Origin: the human T2T-CHM13v2.0 reference genome, Homo sapiens
Strand: one strand, 5' to 3'
Assembly (NCBI RefSeq): GCF_009914755.1
Contig: NC_060925.1
DNA: 64,000 bases
Below are positions 1-17,868 of this stretch, piece by piece; the stretch's first letter is position 1; every line of letters starts with the position of its first letter. A program made the position numbers and the translations under genes. The notes beneath the pieces are model-generated. The model was not told where the DNA came from. It searched no databases and was given only the letters and a program-made list of their open reading frames with translations.

Positions 1-2530
1 AAATTTGTATACAATAAAATGTACACATCTGAAGTGTTCAGTCTGGTAAATTTTGACAGTTGTAGAAACAAAAGGAACCACTACCGAAAACACCTCCAAT
101 ATTTTCTTCATTCCAGAAAGTTTGTGTTCCCAACAAAGTAACCACTTTGTAAGTTCTATCATTACAGATTAATTTATAGCAAATAGACATATAAATGTAA
201 CCTATAAATGTAGATTTTATAATCATTATCACGTGTATTTTTTATATGTAGTTTCTTTTGTTCATCATGATGCTTTTATGATCTTGCATGTTTTATGTAT
301 ATCACAAAATCTATTGCTCAGTGGCATTCCTTAAATAATAATAGTAATAATTTACTGTTTGTTTATCCATTCTCCTATAGATGGATGATGTGGGTTGTTT
401 CCAATTTTAGGTGATTATGGATAAGGCTGCTATGAATATTCATATACAAATCTTGGTATATAATTAATATAATTAATCTTTCATTTCTCTTAGACTAAAT
501 ATTTAGGAATATAATTACCGAGGCATATTTTCTAATTTTTGTTGGCCTTTTTACTGAATTGTGTTTCTAAAAGTATATTTTGGATAGAAGAACCATGTCA
601 GGTATGGAAGGATTTTCTTCTGTTTGTAAGTTGCTTTTTCATTTTCTTAATGAGGTCTTTCAAAGAGCAGACATTCTTAATTTGAAGTCCATTTATGATT
701 TTTTTCCTTTATAGTTGTGGGTTCCTAGGACATCTTTGCCTATGCAAAAACAAAAATATTGTCTCTTATGTTTCCTTCCAGAGTTTTATTATTCTAGCTT
801 TTACTTGTAGGTGTGTGATCTAAAGTGAGTTAGCTTTTGTGTATGATGTAAGCTTAAGATCAAGGTTCATTTGTTGCACAGATGAATATCCAACTGTCCC
901 AGCACCATTTGTTGGAACAATTATCCTTACCAAATTAAATTACCTTGGCGTCTTAGTCAAAACCTATTGAACACATAAGTCAGTCTATTTCTGGACTGTA
1001 TATTCTGTTCCATTGATCTGTATGTCTGTCCTTAAGTTAATATTCCATTCTCTTCATTTTTATCACATAGTAAATTTAAAATCAGGTAGGGCAAGTCTTC
1101 CAACTTCTTTCATATTTTATAAAGGTTTTTTGTTCTTCTTTTGCATTTCCATATACATTTAGATTCAACTTGTTAATTTGATTTGGATGGGATTACAGTT
1201 GAATTCGTAGGTCAGTTTGGGAAGAATTGATATTTTAGCCATATTTAGTCAACCAATTCATGAACATGGTACATTTGTCCATTTATTTTCATCCTCTTTA
1301 GTTTCTCTTAGCATTGCTTTGCAGTTTTCAGACTAGAGGTCTTATACATTATTTGTTTGATTTATCTATATTTTTGATACTATTAAATGAAATTAGTTTA
1401 AAGTTCATTTCATTTTCCAACTGTACACGAATATGAGATATATAATTGATATTTACATATTGATCTTATATCCTGTGATTTGGCTAAATTTATATGTCAG
1501 TTCTATTTTTTTGTAAATTCAGTGGGATTGTCTATATACATAATCATGAGGTCTGCAAAAACTAAACCTCACTTTTTCTTTTACAATTGGTATAGCTTTT
1601 TTGCTTCTTGATTTATTGAACTGGTAAAGAATTCAGAACACTATTGAATAGAAATGGTAAGAGAGTTTATTCTGCCTTATAGGGGGAAAGTTGTGATGTT
1701 TCACCATTAAGTATGATGTTAAGTATAGCTTTTTATAGCTGTCCTTTATCACATTGAAGAGATTCCCTTCTGTTCTTAGTTTGTGGGTGATTTTATCATA
1801 AATAGGGTCTTGAATTTTGTCCAGTGCTTTTTTCCCCATTTATTGAACAGATTATGTATTTTTCTCCTGTATTCTGTGGATATCACGACTATCAAGTGAT
1901 TTTCAAATGTTAAACCAACTTTCTAGTTCTAGGATAACTCTCTTCAGTCATGATGCATTGTCCTTTTTTACACAGAGCTGTATTCTATTTGTTAATATTT
2001 TGCTTAGGACTTTTGTAGCTAAGTTTATGGGCAATACACTGGTATATATTTTTTTCTTATAATGTCTTTGTTAGATTTTGATATCAATGTAAATCTAGCT
2101 TCCTAAGTAGGAAATTTTCTCTTCTGTTTTCTGAAAGAATTTGTGTTAATTCTACATTGTTTCTTTTTCAAATATTTGATAGAATTTATCATTGAAACCA
2201 CGAGCCTAGAGTTTTATCCTATAGGAAAGGTATTTTGTTATGAATTCAATGTATTTGATAGCTTGAGAGCTATTTAGATTTTCTATTTATTTGTGTGTCA
2301 GCTTTGATAAATTATGTTTTTCTGTAAATTAGTTCATTTAATTTAGGTTGCCATATATAGGCATAAAATTGCACTAATGTGCTCTTATTATTCTTTTAAT
2401 GTCTGTAGGATCTTTAATGATATCTCTCTTTTCATTCCTGGTAATGATAGTTGCTGTTTTCTCTCTTTTTATCTTGATCACTTCTCTAAGGGATTAATTG
2501 ATTTTATGAATCTTTTCAAAGGTTAATTGA
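1..2530 (-). mobile_element. Old L1M fragment (3'UTR and ORF2), antisense
   Basis: T-rich degenerate L1 antisense motifs such as ccagcaccatttgttg and ctgctatgaatattcat. Confidence 0.75.
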
Positions 2531-3879
2531 ACTTAAATGTACTTTTGTTTTGGTTAAACTTTCAGACATTTATTTATTTCTCCATATCACCAATCGTGGA
2601 TTATTATGAGTGATATGCTGTGGTTATGTGTGACTATGTCTTACATTACCTTAGGAAAGCATGGCATTATTGAGTAGGACTATGGCATCCTATGGAGAAC
2701 GTTAATGTTCAATCACAGTATCAAGAGATCCTGGTTTCACAGCTTTGAAATGACCTATTAAATGTACTTTCTAATCAACAAATGTATATATCAGGCATAC
2801 AAATATTCACTAACATTGCCTTATGATAATATAGTATTTCCAATAGTGTTTTTGCATATTTTCAAATATTTGATTCAACTACTCTCTTTAGGCAAAAGAA
2901 GGGTGTAATAATCAAAGAGTTCTTGAGCTTCCCTCTAACTTTATAATTCTTTAACATTTGTGCATCCCTAGAGGATGTAGGTAGCAGTGATGACAGTCAA
3001 TATATTTTTAGGTTGGAAAGATACTTATATAATGATAAAGATAAAATTTTGGGGAAAAAACTCACACCTGGTTTTATAGTCTGACACATCAACCATTTGA
3101 TTTCCCCAGGTTTTCATTACTTTACACATGAATATTTATATTTTGGTATCTATAGTCTTAATAGAGATATAATTACCTGTTTTCCTTCCGCTCCCCCACT
3201 CTGCTTAATATCAAACATTTTGAAAGTTACTTACTCTACATTTAGAAGGAACTCTGACAACATTGCTTTCCTGATACTCACTGAAAATTGCAAAGAGAGA
3301 ATGCCTAAGTCTGGTTGACTCAATTTTAAACTTATAGATAATAACTTAATAATAAATGTCTAAAGTTATAGATAATAACTAAAAATAAGGGAAAACACTA
3401 CAGCTCAGAGAATTTATAACCTTGAGTCTTCAAGGAAAGAGTTAATTATGGTCAGTATCCAGGAAAAGGAGTACAGTTTCCCCTGCACATAGAAATATGC
3501 ATTGCAATGCCAGACAGAAAAAAATCAATGATGGTTATATTTTAAAGATATTGTCACTTAAGGGCATAAACTATATTCAGTGACACATGATACATTTGCT
3601 TTTAGAGATAACTTTACTCCAGAATGGTGCCAGATAAGTAAAATGTTAAGAAGTTATTCTGATGACATACAGTGTTTTATACTATTTGTAGCTAATACGT
3701 ATTAATAATTTCATCTTCGTAACACCGTTGTGGACAACATATTGCTACCTTATGGGTACCTACTTTCTTCTGAATTATGTGAATTTTAAGAAGAAAGAAA
3801 AGGAGCTTATATTTATAAAACATATGCTCCACTTCATTTTACTTCCATATTTGCAATTCTCATTTCCATTTTTTAAAAT

Positions 3880-4203
3880 ATTATTATTATTATTATTATT
3901 ATTATTAGTTGAGATAGAATCTCGCTCTGTCCCCCAGGCTGGAGTGCAGTGGTGCAATCTCAGTTCACTGCAACCTCTGCCTCCCTGGTTCAGGTGATTT
4001 TCCCTGCCTCAGCCTCCCGAGTAGCTGGGACTACATGCGCCTGCCACGAGGCCCGGCTAATTTTTTTTTTTTTTTTTGTATTTTTAGTAGAGGCGGGGTT
4101 TCACCATATTGGCCAGGCTGGTCTTGAACTCCTGATGTTGTGATCCACCCACCTTGGCCTCCCAAAGTGCTGGGATTACAGGCATGAGCCACTGCACCTG
4201 GCC
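3880..4203 (-). mobile_element. Alu (S-type) with (TTA)n tail
   Basis: Alu reverse-complement consensus. Confidence 0.93.
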
Positions 4204-4424
4204 ACTCTATTTTATTTTAACACATAGATATGGAACACCTACTGTGCCTAGTTCTGGGAATTCAAAGATGAATAAGAGTTTTTGTCTTATGTAGCTCTCA
4301 GTGTAGACAGGGAAAATAGACTAAATTGCTACCACTACCATACAATGAAAGTGTTAAGCTGAAGAGTCATAACACAGGGGGTTTAAATCAGCTTGGTGAT
4401 ATGAGGGAAATCTTTAAAGAGGAG

Positions 4425-4475
4425 GTATATTAGTTATCTATTCCTGTACAGCAAACTACCCCTTTCCCTCCCACC

Positions 4476-4506
<31 letters not shown>

Positions 4507-4975
4507 CTCTCAGTGGCTAAAAATAACAAAATTTGTTATCTCAAAGTTTCTGTGGGTTATGAATGTGAGTGATAGGTGGTTCTGGATCATAGTCTCTCTG
4601 AGATTGCTATTAAGTTGGCCAGGGCTTAAGTCATCTGAAGACTTCACTGGAGCTGGAGCACTGGATACTAAGACAGCTCACTTGCATAACTGTTGGCTAA
4701 AGAACTCGCTTCCTCTCTGGCTGTTGGCAGAAGACACAGCCAGATGGGTACAGCCTTGCCACACAGAGCTCTTCATAGAGATGCTCGAGTGCCTTCACAT
4801 GGAAGCTGACTTCCCCCAGAATGAAAAATCGAAGAGTGAGTACAAGGATGCTGTAATGCTTGTTACAATTACTTCTATTATATTCTGTTTGTTAGAAGTG
4901 AACCACTAAATGAAGCCCACACTTTTTGAATGGAGGTGTACTCAAGTATTTGTGGACATATTTTAAAACCACCAA
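4425..4975. mobile_element. MLT1-type MaLR solo LTR
   Basis: tattagttatctatt...aaactacccc...cagtggct; tttgtggacatattttaaaaccacca. Confidence 0.65.
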
Positions 4976-5969
4976 AGTAGGTACAGCTAAGTCAATCGGG
5001 TTCATGCATTTCAGGCAGAGAGAATAGTATATGTAAAGGCTTAGAGACACAAGGAGGATTGCAAATGGGAATTTCAGAGAGCTTTGTACGACCAGATGTA
5101 GAGTGGAGTTTGAAAAGTGGCAGTAGATCAAATAGAGGAGGCAGGAGTTGAAACAGTTTTTTTTTTTTTTTAAATTAAAGAATGATTCTAGTGGCTCTTT
5201 AGGAAAAAGGCTGAATGTAAACAAAACTGGAGATGAGGACAGCAGTTTGGTGACAAAAAAGAAGTATAGATGAGGAGTGTTGGAGACCTTGTCTTTGGCA
5301 ATACTGTGAACAGAAAAAATTATTTGGCATTTAGAAGTAGAATCAGCAGAAGGACAAAGGAGGCATCTGAGATAGTTTCTGGATTGATAGATGTCAAGTA
5401 CATACACACTGGTTGGGAACACAGGAATTGGAGCAGATGGACATGGGGTAGTGGGAAGATTCTGAGTTTTATTGTAAACATCTTCAGTTTGAGGTGCATG
5501 TGAGACAACTCAACACATATACCAGGATTCAATTACATATATAAGTACAAACGTGAGACTATTGCTAGAGAGAAACAGAGGGTTAAAAATTTAATTTTTT
5601 AAATGAAAGAAATGTGGACATTTTTACACTAAGGGAGAGAGAGAGGTTGAAAGTACAGTAAGAGGAGCTTGATGAGCTGTGGTCTCTGAGAAGGTTGAAG
5701 GGAATGAAATTCAGAGCATGGGTAAAGGGATTGGCCTCCTGTAAAAGGAACAACAACACTTATTCCCCTAAGGTTAGTAGGAAAGAAGTAAAGATTGAAG
5801 ACGCTGCAAAAACCTGTGTACAGGGAAAATCAGGAGGAAGCTGAGGGCAGTCTACTGTATAATTATTGTCTTCAGGATGAAATAGAAAATGAGTTTATTT
5901 TCCTAAGGAGTAGAAGTTAGGGCAGGCTGGACTGGATTAGAAGCCTTGAAGAGAGCAGTAAAGATGTGT

Positions 5970-8385
<2,416 letters not shown>

Positions 8386-8980
8386 AATAAAGATTAAAAA
8401 TTGCTGTTTTGTGGGATGGAACAGAGAGCAGACTGCAAACAGATAAAAACATTGTGGAGAAACATTGATGGTCCCGTTGAGGTTAGAGACTCTGAGTTAG
8501 TGGTGCCAATCTGTTCGGTGCATGTGTTTTCTGGCGAACTCAGCAGAGCAGGTATAGATGTTGAGAGTGAAGGTAGTGAAATTGGACAGTAATTGGGGTT
8601 AAGAGAGCAAGTAGGGGAAAAGCTAATAAGGGCAAGAAAGTATGGAAAGTTATATAGGGAAGGGAAGAATGAAGGAATCTAATGAGTTTGAAGAGTGAGT
8701 GTATAAGAAAATGAGAAAACGGAGGAAAAAATGGTGATCACACAATCTCTGTATTTTAAGAATTTAGAGATAGAGCCACTGACAGTTGTTTGACAAGGTT
8801 TGATTTTACCGAAGTTATGTGAACAGTGAGCAATGAGAATAGAGTGGCATATTCTACAGTAGAAGCTGAGATTATGTTTAGTGTTTACTACGTGCCAGGA
8901 TATAACAGCATGCTTCATAGTAGGGATGCAAGTGATCTGTATGGAAAAGACATAAGAAGAAAGATTAATTTTCCAATGGG

Positions 8981-9081
8981 AGGAATCAGTAAAGGGAGAA
9001 ATATCTTCAGAGTTAGATGTTGAAAGGATCAGGAATCAGTAAAGGGAGAAAATGTCTTCAGAATTAGACGTTGAAAGGATC
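8981..9081. repeat. ~50-bp tandem duplication
   Basis: aggaatcagtaaagggagaa...ttgaaaggatc occurs twice. Confidence 0.9.
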
Positions 9082-10001
9082 AAAATTTCAACAAGTAGAG
9101 ATTAGTGTCAGAAAGGCCATCGCTACTAGAAAGAAAGTACATCTGATGTGATTAAGTGTAGAAAGAGTTGAGGAAGGGTAGATGGTCCACTTAGGATAAA
9201 ATATAGGGTACAGATGGGGAGAGAGAACAGGCATAGATGAAGGTAGAAAGATTAGGACAAAATATGGAATATCTTGCAAACTCAGCTAAGAAATGTGGAT
9301 AAATTTGTATAAGGAGTACCAGCCCCAGGAAGTTTTAAAGCAAGAGCTTGATGTGTGATCACAGTTTACAATAGCAATATAACTACGGCAACAGTGGGAA
9401 GGGACAGATTGGAGGGGGCAGTGCTTGGAGGTAGACCAGTTGGGAGGCTTTAGAAAAATTGTTTTTTTGAACAAGGATGGTGGGAATAAAAATTAAAAGA
9501 TAGATGTTGAGAGATTTTATAGCATAAAGCAAAATCAGTCTGATTATCACTAAGAGGAGATTCAAAACATTCATTTATAATAGTCTATACTGCTGTTGCT
9601 GACATTTAAAAAAAAGTCAAGGGCATAAAAAGTTTAATAAAATTGAGTCAAGCCTTATGTAATTAATCAGAATTATAATTTATTTTCTCTTAGGAGAATG
9701 CTTACATATTCCAGATAAAACATGAACTCTGTATTTGAGTTGTAGTATCTTTGGAGTACTGTTGTCAATAATATTTTAAAGCATTTGAAAATGGAATTTA
9801 TTCTTATTTACTACAAGGTTTAATCAAGATTTGAATTGCTTTATCCAAAATAATACCAGAAGGTTGAAAGGATGGCTGATTAATACCAATAATTTTAAAA
9901 AGTATTATCATTAGACCTAAAAGATTCTAGATATGTATAAAATTTTAGCTTTTCCTTATAGCTTCTTGTAACTTAAGATTTTAATGTATAGTTAGATCTT
10001 G

Positions 10002-10020
10002 ACTGCCCTCTAGTGGCGTA
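10002..10020 (-). promoter_or_regulatory. CTCF consensus motif (candidate)
   Basis: Minus strand reads TACGCCACTAGAGGGCAGT, matching core CCAC/GYAGRKGGCR. Confidence 0.65.
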
Positions 10021-10717
10021 TATTTTCTTAGCTATATTGTTTGGAGAGCAGAGTGTATGGTTACTTTAGGCCTTTTTAGGCCCTAGTTAGGTGATTGGTG
10101 GTGTGTCATGCCTGGGAGGTACGGGGAGCACAGTCTTTGCTCAGTCCTTGGCCTTAATCTTGAGGTAGTTCATTAATAATATAATTCCTGAATTGTTTCT
10201 GCTTTGAATACCAACAGACTTGATAATGTATGACAGGAATATGTCTCCCAACTATTCATTTTTAAATGTCCATTATTATTATATTCATTATAACAGTATA
10301 AAAATCACTTATATAACATACTTACATGAGTTATAATTGCCTATCAAACACATAAATATATCGTGTTTAAAATCGAGCAAAGCATAAGGATGTTCGGGGG
10401 AGAGTTCTGTGCCTTTGACAGGATGCTACCCATTAGCTATTTGTCTGGGCTGCTATATCCGGAGCCCGGAAGAGTCTTCGTTTCTAGATACAGTTTGGCA
10501 GGTATATATGGAGCACTTACTTTGTGGCTCAGGTGCTTGATACTACAAGGTATGCAAAATAAGTTTGTTACGGATTGCTTGGATCTTTTTAAAAAACTCC
10601 TACAAACCCAGATTTCACTTTGTATTAGTATTTTAGCAAGAGGTATAATGTTGAACTGTTGCTTCTTTAAAACGTAGTTGCAAACTACCCTAAACTAACT
10701 TAATAAATATATACTAT

Positions 10718-11020
<303 letters not shown>

Positions 11021-11861
11021 CACAAACAAATAGGAAAATCCACAGAGATTAAAAAAGAAAAAGAAGAGTCCTTTTTTTTTGTGAAGTCCCTTGCATGATA
11101 GTATCTGTGAACCACATGTTTGTTTCAAATTCAGGTTAAGTATCATCAATGAGCATAAGAATAGCATAGCATTAGGGCCAGGAAGAAGAATATTAGGACT
11201 CAGCAACTCTGCATTGTTTCTACTGCAATATATTCTCCATGTAGTACCCCCTATTTTTATTCCCTATAGTAATAAAGGGGATTAGTGGTATGTTTTAATT
11301 CCAAGAGAATTGTGTAGGGGGCTTTTGGGGGAAATTATTACATTTTTATACCAAATTTGCCTTCTAAAATATTTGATTTGCGCTAATATTAAAATTAGTT
11401 TGCATTATTTGAGTGCACTATACATATTTGTGAAGTCTTGATATATTAGAAACCAAACACAGAAAAGAGAACCTGGTATTTTTCAGTAGTTTAGTTTTCC
11501 AAAAAAACTGTAGTATAGTTTTCATGGTATATAATGACTATAGTATATACTAATTCTATATTTAGAAAATTAGGAGTTACATCTATTAATGCATACTAGA
11601 ATGTAATGTAATATTTTATTTGCAAATATCAACGTAATTAAAAATAAGGATAACTACCTGATCATTCTTTCTTCCCTGAAAATAATCTCCAAATTTTTGT
11701 GTAATTTATAGCTCATATTTATCTCTTAGATTCATTTAGGGAAGATTACAGGCATGTTTTAAGGAAACAATTTATCGGTAATCTGTTTTTTGAGGAAATA
11801 CTAACTCTGAGTAAAAATTTGACTTTCCTGTTTGTTTAGTATTGCAGCACTGAGAACTAGT

Positions 11862-12165
11862 TTCTTTCTTTCTTTCTTTTTTTAAACACAGAGTCTTGCT
11901 CTGTTGCCCAGGCTAGAATGTAGTGGCATGGTATCGGCTCACTGCATCCTCTGCTTCCCGGGCTCAAGCAGTTCTCCTGCTCAGCCTCCCAAGTAGCTGG
12001 GATTACAGGCATATGCCACCAGGCCCTGATGATTTTTGTATTTTTTGTAGAGATGGGATTTCACCATGTTGGCCAGACTGGTCTCGAATTCCTGACCTCA
12101 AGTGATTTGCCTGCCTCAGCCTCCCACAGTGTTGGGATAACAGGTGTGAGCCACCGCAACCCGCC
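11862..12165 (-). mobile_element. Alu
   Basis: Alu consensus; TSD agaactagtttct on both sides. Confidence 0.92.
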
Positions 12166-12687
12166 AAGAACTAGTTTCTTAATAGCACAAACTACCTTTA
12201 AATATCATAAAATCTGATAGAATTTTTTTCTCTCAAAACAACGTTTACGATCCTATTTTTCAAAACATATTTACTTACCAAGTAATAGGCATGAGAATTT
12301 ACCCTTAACCATAGAAATGTTTCTCTGATTCAGAGACTTAAGCTAGTTTCTGAAGGGTTAGCCAGCAGATTCAGTTAGTTCTACATTCAGTAAGCACTAC
12401 CACCATTATCAAAAAAGCAGTTATTGATCGTTTCATTAATTAAGCCCATGTGATAGGGAGCCATCTCATGCTACAGCCATGGTGTCTCCACTGCTTTACT
12501 TCATCTCATTTTAAATTGTTACATATGACCTAGCTGTATGTTTATTGGCAACCTTTAGTGCTTATATAGATTATTTTTATAGTTCTAATTTGATCATACC
12601 AAGTCATTGATTGAACTGTTATTAAATTTTTATTATGCATAAAGTCTTTCCCAAATCTTAAGGAGAAACAAATAGGAACTTCCTTCT

Positions 12688-12753
12688 TCTCTTTTCTTTT
12701 CTTTCTTTCTTTCTTTTTCTTTCTTTCTTTCTTTTTCTTTCTTTCTTTCTTTC

Positions 12754-12817
<64 letters not shown>

Positions 12818-13135
12818 TTGTCTTTCTTTCTTTCTCTCTCTCTCTTTCTTTCTCTTTGTTTGTTTGTTTTGTTTTGAGACAGGATCTCACTCATCACCCA
12901 GGCTGGAATGCAGTAGAACGACCATAGCTCACTGCAACCTCGACCTTCTAGGCTCAAGTGATCCTTCTGTATCAGCCTCTTGAGAAGCTTGGACTTACAG
13001 GCATGCACTACCATGTCTGGCTGAATTTTTAAACTCTTTGTAGAGACAGGGTACTACTATGTTGCCTGGGTGCGATCCTCCCGCCTTGGCCTTCCAAAGT
13101 GTTGAGACTACAGCTGTGAGCCACCACACCTGGCT
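12688..13135 (-). mobile_element. AluJ-type with long (TTTC)n tail (~12690-12860)
   Basis: Alu consensus; tail expanded into a tetranucleotide repeat. Confidence 0.9.
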
Positions 13136-14157
13136 GAAAACTAGCATTTAACCAGTATCTAGTAACTCTGTGCGAGCTATTGGAGGCAAAGTAGGAAGAA
13201 GAGGGGCTATAACATGAAGCAGCTCCCAAGTTCCACCATTTTTAGTTGTGCGATGTTGGTCAAGTCTGAAATTTCCTCCTCTGCATCTAACTCAGATGTT
13301 AGCTGGGTGGCCACCTTCTTTGAGATATCAATTCAATGAACACTCATTCCTCTCCTCTGTGGTTTCAGAAGGACTTACCTTCTCATCGTCGTTCTGGCTC
13401 TGGGTTCCTCATTCTGAGACTTCCCCCTCTCGTCTCTCTCAATCTCACCTGCATCTCATTTCCTAGGGATACTTTTCCCCCTTTTGCATCACACTGGTCC
13501 TAATGTTGGATGCTGACCTTTTTATTTTTCCCCCAGATCTTTTAAATACAGCATTTGTATGTATAGCAGATCACAGTGAAGATGTATGCGAGAATGGAAA
13601 AATTTTGCATCACATTTGAGTTCCTTAGCCATCACCATCCTGTAGGGAAATTTTTACTATTGATGCTATTGTTACTTTTCTCCACTGTTTACAACTTTCC
13701 CTTATTTCTGTTTCTCTTCTCTTCCTTGCTTCGTCTTCCCTCTTCTCTCTCACCCGTACATGTCTACTCATTTCTTATGCAGAGCAGTTCGGATCTTTTT
13801 TCTTATTGTCTTCTTTCCATCTCATCCTCCACAACCAAAGCACCAAGGCACTTGGGTTTTGTTCTACAGAAAGGTCGTTCCCTCCTGAAAATGAGGCTGA
13901 CGGAGACTCATTCCCCAGTCTCTCCAGCGCAAGCCCTGGTGCTTTCCACTTCACCCAGCTGGTCTGACAGTGGCTGATCCTAGATCAGAAAGCACTTGGT
14001 AAAATGGGAAAGAAGATAAGAAGGTATCATTATCATCATCGCTCTAGGTTGAATTACTAAAGTCATGATTTATCTTTCCTTCTTTTATTTATGATATCTT
14101 TCCTTCTCTTTCACCTCCCCATCCAATGACCACCAGAAATCTCTGTCCATTTCCCAG

Positions 14158-14366
14158 CAGCCAGAGCCGAAGTGTGCAGCGGCACCGGGGAAAGGTTCCG
14201 AATCTTCCGTGCCGAGAAGACCTATGCAGTGAAGGCCGGACGGTGGTATTTTGAATTTGAGACGGTCACTGCTGGAGACATGAGGGTTGGTTGGAGTCGT
14301 CCTGGTTGTCAACCGGATCAGGAGCTTGGCTCAGATGAACGTGCCTTTGCCTTTGATGGCTTCAAG
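14158..14366 (+). CDS. RYR2: RYR2 exon 28 (209 nt), SPRY2 domain
   Basis: ttcccag|CAGCCAGAGCC...TTCAAG|gtgagt; encodes (A)[34 protein letters not shown]...DGFK; phase 1 to 0. Confidence 0.96.
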
Positions 14367-14902
14367 GTGAGTGGACTTTGTCCTGTGCCAGTCATCTGTA
14401 CGTGCTGGAGGCTCGTCTCCTCTGCTGTTCCTCTTGGTAGCTTCACAGTACCAGTGTTTTCCACAGCACAAACGTGGAAAAATATTTCACAGGAAAGCTT
14501 TTGTCCTCGTAGTCTCAAAACCCTTCCCTACAACCCATGAATGCAGTGAAATTCACCAAGTAAGACATTGCTTTTCCATGGTTATCAAAAAGATAAATCA
14601 TCTTTGTCTATCAAAATGTTAAAGATACATATGTAGAGGAAAAATGCATATACATTGACGCAGCGATTCCGTATCAGGAGTTTATCTTTAAGCTATAATT
14701 AGTGGTATGTTTGTATAAACATTTAATAGCTACAATGCTTAATGTAGTGTTGTTTATAATCACAAACGGTTTTCATTTTCAACATTATTGGTAATTTCTA
14801 TTAAGTTGGATGGAAGCTGGTCAGGTGTTTATTTTGTTATTTATATACTAATAAATGTTTAAAGATTCTTTTACATGTGTAAAATATTTTGATCAGTAAT
14901 AT

Positions 14903-15254
<352 letters not shown>

Positions 15255-16741
15255 TCACTTTTGATTGGTAAAATCATAGATTTTTTTAAAGTCTTCTTTT
15301 TTTTTTATTTTTTAAGTGAATTTATTTTCCTTTTCACATGAGGGGGAAAAAGCTACTTTTTAACCAAGAAAAATAAAATTAGAATAAATAAGCAATCATG
15401 AAGAGATTTGACGTTTGGATATTTCTTGGAGTGAAATGTCCTGTGTAGGAAAGCATTTCTAGGCTTGAAATTAGGGCAGTTGACCCACTTAGTTTTGAAA
15501 CATCACATTTCCTGAATCCAGTTTTTTAAAAATTTCAAATAGAAAAATTTAACACTTTTTTGGGGGGGTGGGGGGCGGTCAAAATTAGCAAACTTTAAAC
15601 TTCAAAAAATAAAATAACAGATAAAAGGCAGCTTTAGGTTTATACCTCCTGAAGATCAGATGTAATGAACCAGAGTGGGAAGTAACCTGAGGAAGTTAAA
15701 ATAACCTTTACTCCCAGTCAAATGATAGGCAAGAAAGGATACTCCCGATTTGGGAACAGGCATGGGGTGGGTGGGGTAGGAAGGAGAACACCACAGCCAG
15801 GTAAGTCGGTTGGGCATTTTATGCCTTTTGATACCTGATGTAAACTTTTTTAAAAAGACAGTGTGTTATATTAAGAAGAATTATGTCATTGCTTTGCATT
15901 GGCGACTCTGTCTGGTAACGTACCGATTCACAATGAAGGTGAGGCTTAAGAAAAAGTCAAAAGATTTATCTGACAAAAAAATTCACATAACTCAGGTGTG
16001 CCTATGAATCAACGGAATATACTTGTAGATGCAAAAGTCACATTTATCAAAACTATGTTTCAAATGTACTTACAATATGAGATTTCACTTTACGTATATA
16101 TATAAAAAGGTTGGCATCTATATTCAATTTTTGGCTTGTTACTTCAGCAGATATCCTAAGGATATTTTTAGGTTTGATTTGAAGCTTTTTTACTTTTAGT
16201 ATGTAACTGAAATGCTTCTAGATTTCCATTTTGTTAAAGTATCTGTGCCATCGGTTCTAAGGAATGAAATTTCATTTTGAAATAGATGAAAATTACACTA
16301 TCATTTTCAATGACAGATGCCCAGCTTGATTCCCTAGCTCATAATTATTTGTATTTGTGGGAGTAGAGAAAAACAAACTGTATTCTGGGAAACATTCATT
16401 GTCGCAGAAAAATAATATATTCTAAAGGCATATAAGTTTTCTTTCAGTAGAAAGTATGTGAGGTTCGATTTTTAAAATAATAAGCTCTCAAAATCATGAC
16501 ATAGATTTTGGATTTTTTTCCCAAGATTCGATAATATACCATGTTAATATTAGGTAGGGATTTAGAATTCCCAGACAGCTCCATTTTGCTTAGGACATTG
16601 CAGTAGACCGATATGCCAGCTGGAGTTTTTCCTACTGTTGTGTTGATAGAAGGGACTGCTGTTAGGTCGTGACAGAGTGGTGGGTGGGTGCAATTTTCCT
16701 GGCTTAGTCTGTGACAAGGGACTTTTCTGTCCTCTGTATAG

Positions 16742-16916
16742 GCCCAGCGGTGGCATCAGGGCAATGAACACTATGGGCGCTCTTGGCAAGCAGGCGATGT
16801 CGTGGGGTGTATGGTTGACATGAACGAACACACCATGATGTTCACACTGAATGGTGAAATCCTTCTTGATGATTCAGGCTCAGAACTGGCTTTCAAGGAC
16901 TTTGATGTTGGCGATG
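16742..16916 (+). CDS. RYR2: RYR2 exon 29 (175 nt), SPRY2 domain
   Basis: tgtatag|GCCCAGCGG...GGCGATG|gtaagt; [26 protein letters not shown]...FDVGD; phase 0 to 1. Confidence 0.97.
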
Positions 16917-17532
16917 GTAAGTCTACTATGTTTTGTGTTTTTTTTAAGTTTGCAGCACAAGGAAGCTTTCATCCTGAGGCTTCCTAACCGGGCGTTTCTG
17001 TTTCAGGGTGAGTGAGCAGATGAGTTGCAGCTGTAAATCGTGAGGGTGCCTTGTGACTGACTTGATCAGATGCCCTTGAAATAACATTATTAGAAATGCT
17101 ATCTATACGACTTAGCTAGGATTTCTAGAAGGCTGAAATGGCTTTTATGAGTATGAATAAGAAAATAAATAGCAGATAAAAGAATAGGTTTCCATCATTG
17201 TTAAATTTTCATTTAGAACTTCCCTGCTTCATCAGCTGCCTAGAGCCTCTTTCTGTTTATTCATCTCATAAAAGTGAAATGAGGACCCACAATGGATCAG
17301 GTACTTTGCTGGATGCTGAGGTGACAAAGATGAATGAAACACTGTCCTATCTTTGTATAGATTACAGATTACCTGCCAGGGGAGGTTGACACTTGTACAG
17401 TTTCTGTTTAGTGGCTAAGTTCTAAGACAGAAAAATGCAGAAAGCTCTGTGGAAGCACCATGCAGGGAGCACGTGCTGCTGCCTGTGGGGCCCCGAGATG
17501 GCCTTTGAGCAGAGTTGTAAAGATGGAGGGTG

Positions 17533-17868
<336 letters not shown>

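Noticed and set aside
3327-3388. ~34-bp imperfect duplication (similar small ones at ~47630-47720 and ~59450-59497)
   Set aside because: Ordinary slippage in AT-rich or L1 sequence.
12633-13014. K/E/R-rich ORFs (also 38589-38804 and 56394-56780)
   Set aside because: Translations of simple repeats and Alu tails.
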